From Candidatus Sumerlaeaceae bacterium (lineage in GTDB: Bacteria; Sumerlaeota; Sumerlaeia; Sumerlaeales; Sumerlaeaceae): a stretch of 64,000 nt of DNA. Of this stretch, positions 26,118-35,904 are shown piece after piece (positions within the stretch are counted from its first letter, which is position 1; each line of letters opens with the position of its first letter). The notes under the pieces are model-generated. The model saw nothing but the letters and a program-made list of their open reading frames with translations, was not told the DNA's origin and did no database searches. The stretch lies in contig JBPCLP010000025.1 in the NCBI GenBank assembly GCA_051003195.1, positions 67,616-131,615 of the forward strand. The letters are read 5' to 3'. The position numbers were made by a program, and so were the translations under genes.

Positions 26118-28190
26118 GTGAGCACAAATGAATCCGCGGGTACCCGGAAATATGTCTGGATTCGAAGCGGCTATTCACGGTGCAATTATCGCAAGATGAG
26201 TGCTGCAACGCCAGATCTGCCAATTCGTATGCGGGCACGATCATTTAACTTACTGCGGTCAGATCTGCCGCTGACGGTCCTTTGCGTACTCACGATCTTA
26301 CTGCCGCTCTATCGAACCAGTACGCTGGAAGATTCATTTATTACACCCAAAGTCTTCCTGTTGCAGTTTTGCATCTTTCTCGCGCTGGCAGGATGCATCG
26401 CATTTCGTCTAAGACCGCGCAATTCTCATCCGGGCAATTATGAATCGGATGATCCACAGGCGGCCCCGGGTCTTCGCATGGCTTTATGGGTCCCCTACAC
26501 GTTTTCAGCCCTTGTGGCGGTACATGCGCTCTCGATCCTGTGGGCTCGCTCCCCCGCCCTCGCAATAAATGCGACCATGTACTGGTGCAGCTTTCTTCTG
26601 CTATACTTGACCTTCGTGCTCGCGTTGCGCAGTCGCATTGCCGTGAGCCTGTTGTTTGCCTGCGGAGCAATCGCCGCTGTGTTGACAGCGGGCTGGGTAG
26701 TGTTTGAAGACGCCACACACGGGCGTGGATTCGGGGACATTGTCGCCCGTCTGCCGGACTGGCGCGGCCATTTATCGGCGGGCCTCGGAAACAGTGGACA
26801 CATTGCGGGCTACATGGGGTTGTTTTTGCCATGGCTGTTGTGGAGATTTCTGGCCAGCCCAAGCCGAACCCACCGGATACTTCTTCTTTGCGCCCTTGTT
26901 ATTCTGGCGATGGCGTTCATCGTGACATGGTCCGTCGGTTCGAGCGCAGCAACTTTAGTGAGCCTCGCCATTTGGACTCTTGTTGCATGGCGTGCCAGAG
27001 CGCTAGACTCTATCTCGTTAAGGCGATGTCTGTGGCTCATCGTACCAGTCGCTGCCGCCTGTGCATTCTATCTGCTGCCCCATCCGCTCAATCCGCATTC
27101 ACCGTCGCTTATGAAAGAAGCGTTCGGCAGCCAGCGCTGGGCAGAGGGCTGGCCGACACGCGTAGTAATATGGAAGACGACCATCCACATGATCGAGCAC
27201 TCTTTTCCGCTCGGCATCGGCGCTGGAAGCTTCACGCTGGAATACGTCCGCCAGGTAGTCCCGTCGGTTGTCTCAGAACCCGCATTGCGGGTCTACGCGG
27301 GGGCTTTTACGAATGACGCACACAACGAATACCTTCAGATCGCCTGCGAGACAGGCATTGCGGGTCTGCTGTTCTTCTCCACGTTAATTATTTCATTTTT
27401 CGCAGCCGCTGCGCATCGTATCCGGACCACAACGAGCACCGAGAGTAAATGGTTGCTGATTTGCGCTGGATCAGGCGTAACCGTTTTCCTGCTCGATTCG
27501 ATCATGACGTTCCCGATTCGCTTGCCCGCACACTTTGCCGCCTTCACATTCTTTCTCGCTGTACCTGCAGTACTTGCGGAGCCCGCTGGAGCCGATCTTA
27601 AGAATCACCGCGCCAGGGCCATTCGCTTTCGGTTCGGCGCCCCGCTTCTTGTGTTGCTGGTGCTTGCTTGCCTTGGGTGGCAATTTCGGCGGGTTGCTGC
27701 AGAATATCACCTGAAACTCGGCCGTACGACCGTAGAGAATTCACCATTCGTAGTCCAGGGACGCGTGATTCCTTTATGGTCGCTGGGGGATTCACTCATG
27801 CGCGAAGCTTTGATGCACCTGGCAGAAGGCAACAGGGAACAGATGGCTGCGAACCTTCGACAGGCGCAGCACGCTATGCAAGGCGATGCTGTAACGGTCG
27901 CGGAGCAACAGTTCCGTAAATCGCTTTCGTCTGATCCGCATTACTCCAATGCATCGAGTCGGCTTGGGGCGCTTCTGCTGATGAAAGGCCAGTATGTTAA
28001 GTCGGCGGACATCACCAAAACAACGCTCAAAGATCTGGAGAGTTCAGAAATCCACGAGCGACTTGGTTTTGCAGAGTTTCTGCAGCAGAACTGGCCGGCT
28101 GCGCGGCAGGCGTGGACGACCTGCAAATTACGCCGGCCAGTCCAGGCGCCTTTCTACGACGCACTGATCCGCCAGATTCCCCCCGAATGA
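26118..28190 (+). CDS. O-antigen ligase (Wzy_C) family polytopic membrane protein with C-terminal TPR domain; possible O-oligosaccharyltransferase
   Basis: About 12 TM helices. Wzy_C-type periplasmic loop block TNDAHNEYLQIACETGIAGLLFFSTL. C-terminal ~200 aa are TPR-like. Start uncertain (alternative Mets near 26196 and 26229). Confidence 0.7.
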   Translation: MSTNESAGTRKYVWIRSGYSRCNYRKMSAATPDLPIRMRARSFNLLRSDLPLTVLCVLTILLPLYRTSTLEDSFITPKVFLLQFCIFLALAGCIAFRLRPRNSHPGNYESDDPQAAPGLRMALWVPYTFSALVAVHALSILWARSPALAINATMYWCSFLLLYLTFVLALRSRIAVSLLFACGAIAAVLTAGWVVFEDATHGRGFGDIVARLPDWRGHLSAGLGNSGHIAGYMGLFLPWLLWRFLASPSRTHRILLLCALVILAMAFIVTWSVGSSAATLVSLAIWTLVAWRARALDSISLRRCLWLIVPVAAACAFYLLPHPLNPHSPSLMKEAFGSQRWAEGWPTRVVIWKTTIHMIEHSFPLGIGAGSFTLEYVRQVVPSVVSEPALRVYAGAFTNDAHNEYLQIACETGIAGLLFFSTLIISFFAAAAHRIRTTTSTESKWLLICAGSGVTVFLLDSIMTFPIRLPAHFAAFTFFLAVPAVLAEPAGADLKNHRARAIRFRFGAPLLVLLVLACLGWQFRRVAAEYHLKLGRTTVENSPFVVQGRVIPLWSLGDSLMREALMHLAEGNREQMAANLRQAQHAMQGDAVTVAEQQFRKSLSSDPHYSNASSRLGALLLMKGQYVKSADITKTTLKDLESSEIHERLGFAEFLQQNWPAARQAWTTCKLRRPVQAPFYDALIRQIPPE

Positions 28191-29800
28191 AAATTACGAT
28201 GGGTCGCTTCGACTGGCGTTCCGAGCGCTTTCTGCTGTTCCTGATTCTGCTGCTTGCCGCAATTCTGAGACTAGTGCGTCTGGATGCACTGCCGCCTGCG
28301 ATGTTCCGCGACGAAGCCGAAAAGGCATACAACGCTTATAGCATCCTAAAGACTGGTCGCGACATCGATGGTCGGCTGCTGCCGATCTTTATCCACGTGT
28401 TCGGCGTCACAACGTCAGCGATCTACCAGTATGCAGCGATACCGTTTATAGCTGCGCTCGGATTAAACGAGTGGAGCGCTCGACTCCCCGCCGCCGCTGC
28501 AGGAATCGCTACAATCGGTTTCACCTTTCTTGTGATGCGTATTTTACGCGGAAGCAGGACCGCGCTGTGGGCCGCCTTCCTGCTGGCCCTTTCGCCCTGG
28601 CATATCGTCTTCAGCCGATGGGCACAACAGGGTATCTTTGTGCCTCTTTTGCTCTCGATAGGAGCGTACGGGCTCGCTCGCTATACCTCACGCGCGAATC
28701 CGCGAAAGTCCGACATGACCCTGCTACTCATCGGAACTGCCTCGATGGGTTTCGCAACCTACGTCTACGATGTCGCACGGCTTTTCGTACCGCTGTTATT
28801 ACTCGTCGCGCTGATTACTTACTGGAGACAATTATCGCGTGCTCCATTGCTGCTCGGCGGAACGGTGGTGGCATGCCTCATCGGCGCGCTTCCCACTTTG
28901 TACCTCCTCTTTTTTCAGAGCGGCTCTGCACACGCGCGATTCGGATTCGTTTCGATTTTACAGCCTGGAATCGGCGCGGTGGAGATTGTTCGCGTCTTCT
29001 TCATGAACTATGTCGCACACTGGTCGCCGCAGTTCCTGCTGCTGCACGGTGATTCCGAGCTGCGCCACGGTCCGCAAATCGGCGTCCTCACATTGCTTGA
29101 AATACTGGGCCTCGTCGCGGGCGGGGTCGTACTTCTCCGCGATCGGAGCCGCGCCAACTGGTTTTGGATTGGCTGGCTGCTGCTCTTTCCGGTCGCCGCA
29201 AGCCTCACGCGCATCGGCATTCCCCATGCCTTGCGATGCATCGTTGCGCTCCCCGCCCTGCAGATCGTCGCCGCGATCGGGCTCGAGACGTGTACGCAGC
29301 ACATCCGCATCGAAAGACGTCGCGCGTTTCAGCAGCTGCTCGTGCTCCTCGCGTTCCTCACCTTTGTGCCGTTTGGATTGCGCTATTACTCGCATCAGTA
29401 TGCCCTGGCTTCTGCATTCAACTGGCAGTACGGCCTGAAGGAATCGCTCAAGCTGTGCAATGAAGGTGAACTTCGCGACGCGCGGGTTTACATGCACAAC
29501 ATCGTCGGCGCGGAGTACCTCGTCCCGTTCTATCTGGGTGCGGACCCCAACGCGGTGCAATCCGTCAGGCGCACTTCGTCGGCGCACTTCGGGCGATTTG
29601 TATATCTCCCATTCCAACAGGAAGACCGGTTACTGCAAGTTTCAGACGATTTGCCTGCTGCCTACATTACTCCGCCGGGTAGATACAGCTGGCCCCGCGG
29701 CTGGCGGCCGTTGGCTATTTTTCCTGCGCACGACGAGAACTACCCACCCGTACTCTATGTTTACCTGAACCCTGCACTGCGCGCGAAGCTGGAGAAATGA
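28187..29800 (+). CDS. glycosyltransferase family 39 (PMT/ArnT-like) GT-C membrane protein
   Basis: MKITMGRFDWRSERFLLFLILLLAAILRLVRLDALPPAMFRDEAEKAYNAYSILKTGRDIDGRLLPIFIHVFG. DE motif in the first periplasmic loop and multiple TM helices, as in PMT_2/ArnT. The ATG overlaps the stop of the upstream Wzy_C gene (ATGA). Confidence 0.75.
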   Translation: MKITMGRFDWRSERFLLFLILLLAAILRLVRLDALPPAMFRDEAEKAYNAYSILKTGRDIDGRLLPIFIHVFGVTTSAIYQYAAIPFIAALGLNEWSARLPAAAAGIATIGFTFLVMRILRGSRTALWAAFLLALSPWHIVFSRWAQQGIFVPLLLSIGAYGLARYTSRANPRKSDMTLLLIGTASMGFATYVYDVARLFVPLLLLVALITYWRQLSRAPLLLGGTVVACLIGALPTLYLLFFQSGSAHARFGFVSILQPGIGAVEIVRVFFMNYVAHWSPQFLLLHGDSELRHGPQIGVLTLLEILGLVAGGVVLLRDRSRANWFWIGWLLLFPVAASLTRIGIPHALRCIVALPALQIVAAIGLETCTQHIRIERRRAFQQLLVLLAFLTFVPFGLRYYSHQYALASAFNWQYGLKESLKLCNEGELRDARVYMHNIVGAEYLVPFYLGADPNAVQSVRRTSSAHFGRFVYLPFQQEDRLLQVSDDLPAAYITPPGRYSWPRGWRPLAIFPAHDENYPPVLYVYLNPALRAKLEK

Positions 29801-30483
29801 CCAGGACACCCAAAGCTCTCATGGGCCACAAAAGCGCTCATCTGCATCCCACTCCCCCGCCGGATCTTTCTCTTCGATTTCCACAGGCCTTCTACGAACG
29901 GTCGACGCTGCAGGTGTGCAGAGATCTGCTCGGAGCTTACCTCGTCCACAACACTACTGCCGGCCCTGTCGGTGGACGCGTTGTCGAAGCCGAAGCGTAC
30001 CTGGGTCCGGCCGACCAGGGGGCGCATTCCGCGGCCGGGCGCAGAACGCAGCGCAACGAAGTGATGTACGGCGCGCGTGGCAGAGCGTATGTTTTCATCA
30101 TCTACGGCATGTACTGGTGCTTCAACGTGGTCACCGGTGCAGGCCAGCGCCCGCAGGCTATTCTCATCCGCGCGCTCGAACCATCACTGGGGATTGATCT
30201 CATGAAAGATAACCTGAGCGCGCCGGCACACGTGGCGCTATCAACTTTGTGTCGCGGACCCGGAAAACTCTGCAAGGCGCTGGGAATCACACGAGACTAT
30301 AACAGCGAGGATCTCTCCGGCAATCGGCTGTTTCTGGTTCCCGGGAAGCGGCTGCCCGCGGCTCTCGTTGGCCGCTCGCCACGCATCAACATCGATTACG
30401 CAGGCGACTGGATCGACAAGCCCTGGCGCATGTACGAACGCGGCAACCCATGCGTAAGCGGCCCTCCGCGGTTACGTGTTTGA
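29797..30483 (+). CDS. DNA-3-methyladenine glycosylase (AAG/Mpg family)
   Basis: FYERSTLQVCRDLLGAYLV plus core MYGARGRAYVFIIYGMYWCFNVVTGAGQRPQAILIRALEP, typical of Mpg-family glycosylases. The start overlaps the stop of the GT39 gene (ATGA). Confidence 0.85.
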   Translation: MTRTPKALMGHKSAHLHPTPPPDLSLRFPQAFYERSTLQVCRDLLGAYLVHNTTAGPVGGRVVEAEAYLGPADQGAHSAAGRRTQRNEVMYGARGRAYVFIIYGMYWCFNVVTGAGQRPQAILIRALEPSLGIDLMKDNLSAPAHVALSTLCRGPGKLCKALGITRDYNSEDLSGNRLFLVPGKRLPAALVGRSPRINIDYAGDWIDKPWRMYERGNPCVSGPPRLRV

Positions 30484-31500
30484 CGCGCGTGCCTGGTGCA
30501 GCATGTGCAAATGCAGCAGTCCGCCCAGCAGCGAGAGTATCGCAATGTAGCTGAACTGAATCAGCGAGATTCCGACCGCTGCTTCAGGCGCTACTGCACT
30601 GCTCGCCAGTAGCAGTACGTAGCCGGCTTCACGCAGTCCGATGCCATTAAAGCTGATCGGCAGCATTGCGGCCAGCGTTACCATGGGAACCGCTATCAGG
30701 AACGGATGAAACGGCAACTGTAGCCCCAGCGCACGCGAGGCAATATAGACCAGGGTACTGTCGATCACCTGCGTGAGAACCGAAAGAAGGAGTGGCACCG
30801 ACCAGTAACTGCGATAGTACCGTATCTCCTCGTGCAACGTATGCAGCGCACCCAGCAGCCGGCCGCGCCAGCCTACATGCACGTGATCGGGCCCTTGCGC
30901 CGTTTTCCATATCAGCTTATAGAGCGGTTCGGAAACAAGTGCCAGGTTGATTGCGACATACCCTGCGGTTGCCATGGCAAACCATACGGCCGGAAACGAC
31001 AACAGGTAAGGCAGTTCGTATCTACCTGCCACGGGTGGAATGCGTTCCGGCCAGATCCAGCTCGCCAGGTTTGCAACAATCAGCAACCCCGCAAGTCCTG
31101 TATTGCGCTGCATAAAGACACTCGCAGCCGCACGCATCGAGCCGCCAACACGTTCGGCCACAAACACCGTGCGCGCTACGTCACCACCCAGGGAACCCGG
31201 CAGGAAGTTGTTATAAAACATTCCGATCAGCGAAATCCGCACAGACTCGCGCAGCCGCAGCCGCTCTCCCAGGTGCGCCAGCAGTAGCTTCCATTTGTAC
31301 GCTGTCAGGGTTTCGCCAATGATCGCAATGGCTAACCCGAAAAGCAGCAGCGGCACCGATGCGTTGCGAAGCTTCTCCACCGTCTTGTGGAAGTCCGCAA
31401 AAATGCGAAACACCACGATCAGCAGTCCCGCTGCCAACAGAATGCGTATCAGCAGGACTGTGCGCGAACGAAGCGATTGACTGCTGCTGGTCATGAACAC
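30472..31500 (-). CDS. flippase-like / lysylphosphatidylglycerol-synthase-TM-region family (UPF0104) membrane protein
   Basis: MFMTSSSQSLRSRTVLLIRILLAAGLLIVVFRIFADF...LLLFGLAIAIIGETLTAYKWKLLL. About 8 TM helices, typical of the family. Confidence 0.65.
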   Translation of the reverse strand: MFMTSSSQSLRSRTVLLIRILLAAGLLIVVFRIFADFHKTVEKLRNASVPLLLFGLAIAIIGETLTAYKWKLLLAHLGERLRLRESVRISLIGMFYNNFLPGSLGGDVARTVFVAERVGGSMRAAASVFMQRNTGLAGLLIVANLASWIWPERIPPVAGRYELPYLLSFPAVWFAMATAGYVAINLALVSEPLYKLIWKTAQGPDHVHVGWRGRLLGALHTLHEEIRYYRSYWSVPLLLSVLTQVIDSTLVYIASRALGLQLPFHPFLIAVPMVTLAAMLPISFNGIGLREAGYVLLLASSAVAPEAAVGISLIQFSYIAILSLLGGLLHLHMLHQARASNT

Positions 31501-31591
31501 AGCGTTCCCGCGCGAATCCAGAGCGCAATCTCTTTGCTTGCAGCCCGCTCACGCGCTTTCAACTTCGCATCCGTAAGCCAAAGCGGAGAAC

Positions 31592-32416
31592 TTGATGAAA
31601 CTTGGAATAGTTGGCAGCACCACGATGGCGGACTTCTGGCGCGCGGCCGCGATGGCAGCAGATGCACGTGCAGATATTAAGTACTACGAGTCTGACGTGC
31701 CTGGTGCAGATCTCGCAATCGCCGACTGCGAAGTGGTGTGGATTCCAGCTTCCTCGATGGCTGTGAACCACGGGGCGGGCAGAGTGCTATACAACCCCGC
31801 CGCTGACCCGGAACACAAAATAACCAACGGCAGTCCGAGCTTTCCACTGCGCCATCGGTCCGAGATTCGACACCTGAAGCAAGTGTTGGAAGGCGGAAAG
31901 CTGGGCCAGGTCGGCACCGTGCGACTCAGCCTGTGCCGCAGCGCCTCCGCTCCGGGCCCGCTTTGCTATAGCGAGTTCTCTCCGGTCGCAGGCGCACTGC
32001 AGCAACTCGGGGGGCATGGGTTTGATGCAATCCACTGGTGCTTTGGTAATATCGAGCGCGTGCACGCCGTCGAAAGCAGCGAATCCACAAATGCCGCGCA
32101 GTATGCGCTGCTCGTGGCGCGACTCGATAGCGGCGCCATTGCGCATCTGGAGCTTTCCTTCGCCGAGCCTGCAGGTGGTGACTACCTCTATTATGAAATC
32201 GCAGCGAAAAACGGCATCGTTGAATACGACTCCCGCAAAGAGCCCACCCTGGAGCTTGTCGCAAAAACTTCCGCCGCCCCAGCTACGTCCCCACCGCCCG
32301 AACTCGTCGCCGAACTCCGCGCATTTCTCAGGAACGAGACTGCGAATTTCCCAACTCATGCAGACGCCGCCGCAGCAAGCCAGCTAGTAAAAGCCAGCCG
32401 GGCCAGCGTTATCTAG
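31592..32416 (+). CDS. Gfo/Idh/MocA-like oxidoreductase-fold protein (degenerate NAD-binding motif)
   Basis: N-terminal KLGIVG Rossmann start and central RHRSEIRHLKQVLEGGKLGQVGTVRL block as in Gfo/Idh/MocA. The TAG stop is contributed by the inverted repeat copy at 32411. Confidence 0.45.
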   Translation: MMKLGIVGSTTMADFWRAAAMAADARADIKYYESDVPGADLAIADCEVVWIPASSMAVNHGAGRVLYNPAADPEHKITNGSPSFPLRHRSEIRHLKQVLEGGKLGQVGTVRLSLCRSASAPGPLCYSEFSPVAGALQQLGGHGFDAIHWCFGNIERVHAVESSESTNAAQYALLVARLDSGAIAHLELSFAEPAGGDYLYYEIAAKNGIVEYDSRKEPTLELVAKTSAAPATSPPPELVAELRAFLRNETANFPTHADAAAASQLVKASRASVI

Positions 32417-32507
32417 TGTGCCGAATCAGTAGTTCCTTACCAGGCCAAAGGGCAGACTTGAGAGCTCGATTCGGCACACAGAACTGGTTACGAATTAATG
32501 GTAGACC
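32411..32507 (-). repeat. REP-like palindromic repeat, family 1 (copy A, inverted orientation)
   Basis: Reverse complement reads ggtctaccattaattcgtaaccagttctGTGTGCCGAATCGAGctctcaagtctgccctttggcctggtaaggaactactGATTCGGCACACtagat. About 85% identical to 40897..40985. Perfect 12-bp arm GTGTGCCGAATC/GATTCGGCACAC. Confidence 0.75.
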
Positions 32508-32961
32508 ACGCTAGCCTGAATTGTCAGGGAAGCATCGACTCTGGAATTGGCTGTGGCATCGGCTGTATCGTAATTTATGAATCCGCAGAGTGAATGGGTC
32601 ATCGACAGCGATGCGCTTGCTCGAGTCCATGACCTCGTCCGGCGCCAACGCTTACGTTGCCTCTGGTTCACGCGCGAATCTGCCTGAAGATCTGCCCTCT
32701 TGCTTGCGAACACTCGACCAGATCGAGACGAATGGCGACCGAAACGCATACGTGGAGGCGCGCAAACTAAAGCAGTGGCTCTTACAATTAGCCAGCGGGA
32801 CATCTGCCGCCTAATATCCCAAAACCGAAAGTCGCAGAACGAAGCCTACATCGCTATTCGCGGAGCATTTCCAATGATAGGTTCTGATGCTGACAATTAG
32901 ATCGCAGCAGTAACTCGTAACACTTGTTCGAAATTGCCGGCCATCAAGACGCCTGCCCCAT

Positions 32962-33012
32962 AAAACAAAACCGCCCCGGGCTGTTCGCGCAGCACCGGGG
33001 CGGTTGGTTTTT
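32962..33012. terminator. bidirectional Rho-independent terminator (downstream of rny; also faces 31592 gene)
   Basis: aaaacaaaa CCGCCCCGG gctgttcgcgcagca CCGGGGCGG ttggttttt. A 9-bp GC stem is flanked by an A-tract and a T-tract. Confidence 0.7.
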
Positions 33013-33140
33013 CAGGAGGTTTACTTTTCTACTCTTCCACTTTTGTACTTTTCTGCTTCAGCTCTCGTGAGTTTTGCTTTCTTGGTTTTGGCTGCTGTTT
33101 GCCTCAGCAGTTCATTCCAGCGAGGGCGGCTTCCCGGCCT

Positions 33141-34712
33141 CTATTTAGCATATTCGACGATTCGTTTCTCTCTCAGAACCGTGACTTTGATTTGTCCCGG
33201 GTACTCCAGTTCGTCCTCAATGCGCTTCGTAACTTCGCGCGCCAGGACAGCTGCTTCGTTGTCGTTGATGCGTTCTGGTTCGACCATAATTCGAACCTCT
33301 CGCCCTGCCTGCAGTGCGTAGGATTTCTCCACGCCTGCAAAGCTGCTGGCGATTTCTTCCAGCTTTTCGAGCCGCTTCACATAGCTCTCAAGGCTTTCGC
33401 GTCTCGCACCCGGCCGCGATGCTGAAATTGCATCCGCTGCCTGTACCAGGATGGCCACCAGCGTGCGAGGCTCTTCCTCATTGTGATGCGCTGCAATGGC
33501 GTGTACGACCGGTGCGCTCTCACCGTACTTGCGGCAAAGCTCCGCACCAATCAAGGCGTGCGTCCCCTGCATCTCGTGACTGACTGCCTTACCAAGGTCA
33601 TGCAGCAGTCCGGCCCGCCTGGCTACCGTTGCATCGGCTCCAAGTTCCGCGGCCATCGAGGCGCAAAGGTGTGCAACCTCCTGCACATGCAGCAGGATGT
33701 TCTGCCCGTAAGACGTGCGGAACTTCAAGCGGCCGAGCAATTTGATCAGCTCGGGGTGCAGGTCGTGGATGCCCAGGTCGAATGCAACCTGTTCGCCCTC
33801 CTGGCGCAGGTGCTCCAGCAACTCGCGCTCGGTCTTCTTTACTACTTCTTCGATGCGGGCGGGATGAATGCGTCCGTCCGCCAGTAGCTTTTCGAGCGAG
33901 AGCCTGGCAATCTCTCTGCGCAGCGGGTCGAAACAGGAAAGCACTACGGCCTCAGGTGTATCGTCCACGATCAGATTTACGCCGGTAGCAGCCTCCAGGG
34001 CACGAATATTACGTCCTTCGCGCCCGATGATGCGTCCTTTAACGTCTTCCGAGGGCAACGTCAGCACCGAACACGTCGACTCAGATACCTGCTCGGAAGA
34101 GCACTTCTGAATGGCCAGCGTGATGATTTGTCGCGCCTTCTTGGCTGCCGTTTCACGAGTTTCGTTTTCAACCCGGCGAATGATTCCGGCGCTTTCCTGC
34201 CGGACCTCAGTCTCCAGGCTTTCAAGCAGAACCCGTTTAGCCTCGTCCACCGTCATGCCGCAGATCTCCTCGGCCTTCCGGCGGGTTTCGCCAATCGCCT
34301 GCTCCAGGTCTCCTTCGCGTTTGTCGAAGGCGGCCTTTCTGTCATCCAGCGCGGTTTCCTTATCCATCAGTTGACGCTCGCGCCGTTCGTACTGCTCGAT
34401 CTTGTTGTCGAGAACCCGCTCCTTGTTCTTGAGACGGTTCTCAATCCGCTCGACCTCGACACGGCGACGCTGGTTATCCTTCTCGAACACGCGCGTGCGT
34501 TGAAGGATTTCCTCCTTCACCTGCAACTCGGCGGACTTGCGGATCGTCTCGGCGTCCAGTTCGGCTTTCGCCTTTACGTCCAGCGCCGCTCGCTCCGCAT
34601 TACTTACTCGTGTCCCCATCCGCTTCTGTAAAAACCAGAACAAAGCCCAGACGCACACCGCCAGTATGACGACGTTCGCCAGGACCACGGATAGTATCCA
34701 ATAATTATCCAT
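33141..34712 (-). CDS. rny: ribonuclease Y
   Basis: N-terminal TM anchor [26 protein letters not shown], coiled-coil region, KH domain ([26 protein letters not shown]), HD domain ([19 protein letters not shown]...GLLHDLGKA). 523 aa. Confidence 0.92.
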   Translation of the reverse strand: MDNYWILSVVLANVVILAVCVWALFWFLQKRMGTRVSNAERAALDVKAKAELDAETIRKSAELQVKEEILQRTRVFEKDNQRRRVEVERIENRLKNKERVLDNKIEQYERRERQLMDKETALDDRKAAFDKREGDLEQAIGETRRKAEEICGMTVDEAKRVLLESLETEVRQESAGIIRRVENETRETAAKKARQIITLAIQKCSSEQVSESTCSVLTLPSEDVKGRIIGREGRNIRALEAATGVNLIVDDTPEAVVLSCFDPLRREIARLSLEKLLADGRIHPARIEEVVKKTERELLEHLRQEGEQVAFDLGIHDLHPELIKLLGRLKFRTSYGQNILLHVQEVAHLCASMAAELGADATVARRAGLLHDLGKAVSHEMQGTHALIGAELCRKYGESAPVVHAIAAHHNEEEPRTLVAILVQAADAISASRPGARRESLESYVKRLEKLEEIASSFAGVEKSYALQAGREVRIMVEPERINDNEAAVLAREVTKRIEDELEYPGQIKVTVLREKRIVEYAK

Positions 34713-34903
34713 GGAAAGCTTTCTACCTCCATATTGTCAAAGAACACTGACCTGCTGCATCGGTCTAAGCGACTTACCCCGAAACACCAGGTAATGAACG
34801 CCTGGGTAGCCTGCGGCAATTTTCTGCCCGTCAAACCCCCACAGCTTGAACCATTGGTCTCTACAACCGGGTAATTGCAGTCAAATCAAAAGAACCGCCA
34901 ATT

Positions 34904-35227
34904 TCACCACTTTTCCACAGTCGACGACCAGTTTTGTCTAAATCCGGCTTTCTCGTCCCATGGCATGGATGAATCTGGCGCTGATGCGTCTGGATTCCAG
35001 GCGTAGTTCACGGCGAGCACAGGTGCGGCAAGGATCTCGATTTCCCGCATGTAATCGGTGCCGCGTTCAAAAAAGTTCCAAGTTGTCGCACATAAGCCCT
35101 TTAACTTCAGCGCGTTTGCTGCGCGTGCGTGACCGTAGATATTACGGGCGACTGTGTGGTCCCATCTTTGAGACGTAACACGTCTGCACGCGACACACCG
35201 CAAGCGCAGCACATCGCAAGCAACCAC
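34904..35227 (-). CDS. small hypothetical ORF (possible degenerate metallophosphoesterase fragment)
   Basis: 107-aa ORF between rny and the cyclo-ligase gene. The only motif is a weak GH(T)H-like NIYGHARAAN. May be non-coding. Confidence 0.2.
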   Translation of the reverse strand: MVACDVLRLRCVACRRVTSQRWDHTVARNIYGHARAANALKLKGLCATTWNFFERGTDYMREIEILAAPVLAVNYAWNPDASAPDSSMPWDEKAGFRQNWSSTVEKW

Positions 35228-35286
35228 GCGGACAAAATGCTGCGAATCAACGCGGGCTGCATCTTACACTGTCCCAAAGTCAAAGG

Positions 35287-35868
35287 TCACCGGCGGCTTG
35301 CCGCGGCAGTCACCGACGTTTCCGTTACGAGCACTTCCACGGGAATATCCCAGTCCTCGTGCGGAACATGATCAATTACCTGGAAATCAAAAGAAAGCCC
35401 AACCGACGACGAAAGGGCAGGCGCGACAGCCAACAGGCGATCGAAGTAACCACTGCCAAAACCGACACGATAACCGTGTTTATCCCAGACAATCCCCGGC
35501 ACAACAAACAGGTCGACCTGCGATATGTCTGGGTGCGCAAGCGGCTCCAGGCGAAACCCGCTGCCTTCAGCAATCACCTGCTCCACTGTTTCCTGCGGCC
35601 GCAGTGTGGCTGCCGGGCCCGGGGCCAGAACCGTCTTACCGCTTCGCAGCAGGCTCAGGATGAGCTCGCGCGTCTCTACCTCGCCAGGAAATGCGACGTA
35701 AGAATAAACGCATTTCGCGCGTGCCACCTGATCCAGGGCAAGTACGGCATTCGTAATCAGCGCGCACTTCCGGTCGCGTTCCTCGCGTGACTGTTGCGAC
35801 CGCAGCTCCCGATACTTCGCGCGCAATTGAGCTTTTATCGCGGCATCATCTTTTCCGGTGACCGGCAC
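35287..35868 (-). CDS. 5-formyltetrahydrofolate cyclo-ligase
   Basis: KAQLRAKYRELRSQQSREERDRKCALITNAVLAL...SYVAFPGEVETRELILSLLRSGKTVLAP...GYRVGFGSGYFDRLL, typical of the YgfA/MTHFS family. 193 aa. Confidence 0.85.
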   Translation of the reverse strand: MPVTGKDDAAIKAQLRAKYRELRSQQSREERDRKCALITNAVLALDQVARAKCVYSYVAFPGEVETRELILSLLRSGKTVLAPGPAATLRPQETVEQVIAEGSGFRLEPLAHPDISQVDLFVVPGIVWDKHGYRVGFGSGYFDRLLAVAPALSSSVGLSFDFQVIDHVPHEDWDIPVEVLVTETSVTAAASRR

Positions 35869-35904
35869 TAGAGACAGCCGTTCATCGGCCTATATCCACA
35901 TGGC

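Noticed and set aside
32495-32814. Overlapping ORFs 32495..32803 (-) and 32590..32814 (+) downstream of repeat copy A
   Set aside because: Mutually antisense, ~100 aa or less, no RBS or homology. The region lies between a repeat and a bidirectional terminator and is more likely non-coding.
34904-35227. Idea that the small ORF is a ymdB-like metallophosphoesterase partner of rny
   Set aside because: Only a single weak GH(T)H-like motif, wrong side of rny relative to the Firmicutes rny-ymdB arrangement, and too short. Kept only as a low-confidence ORF.
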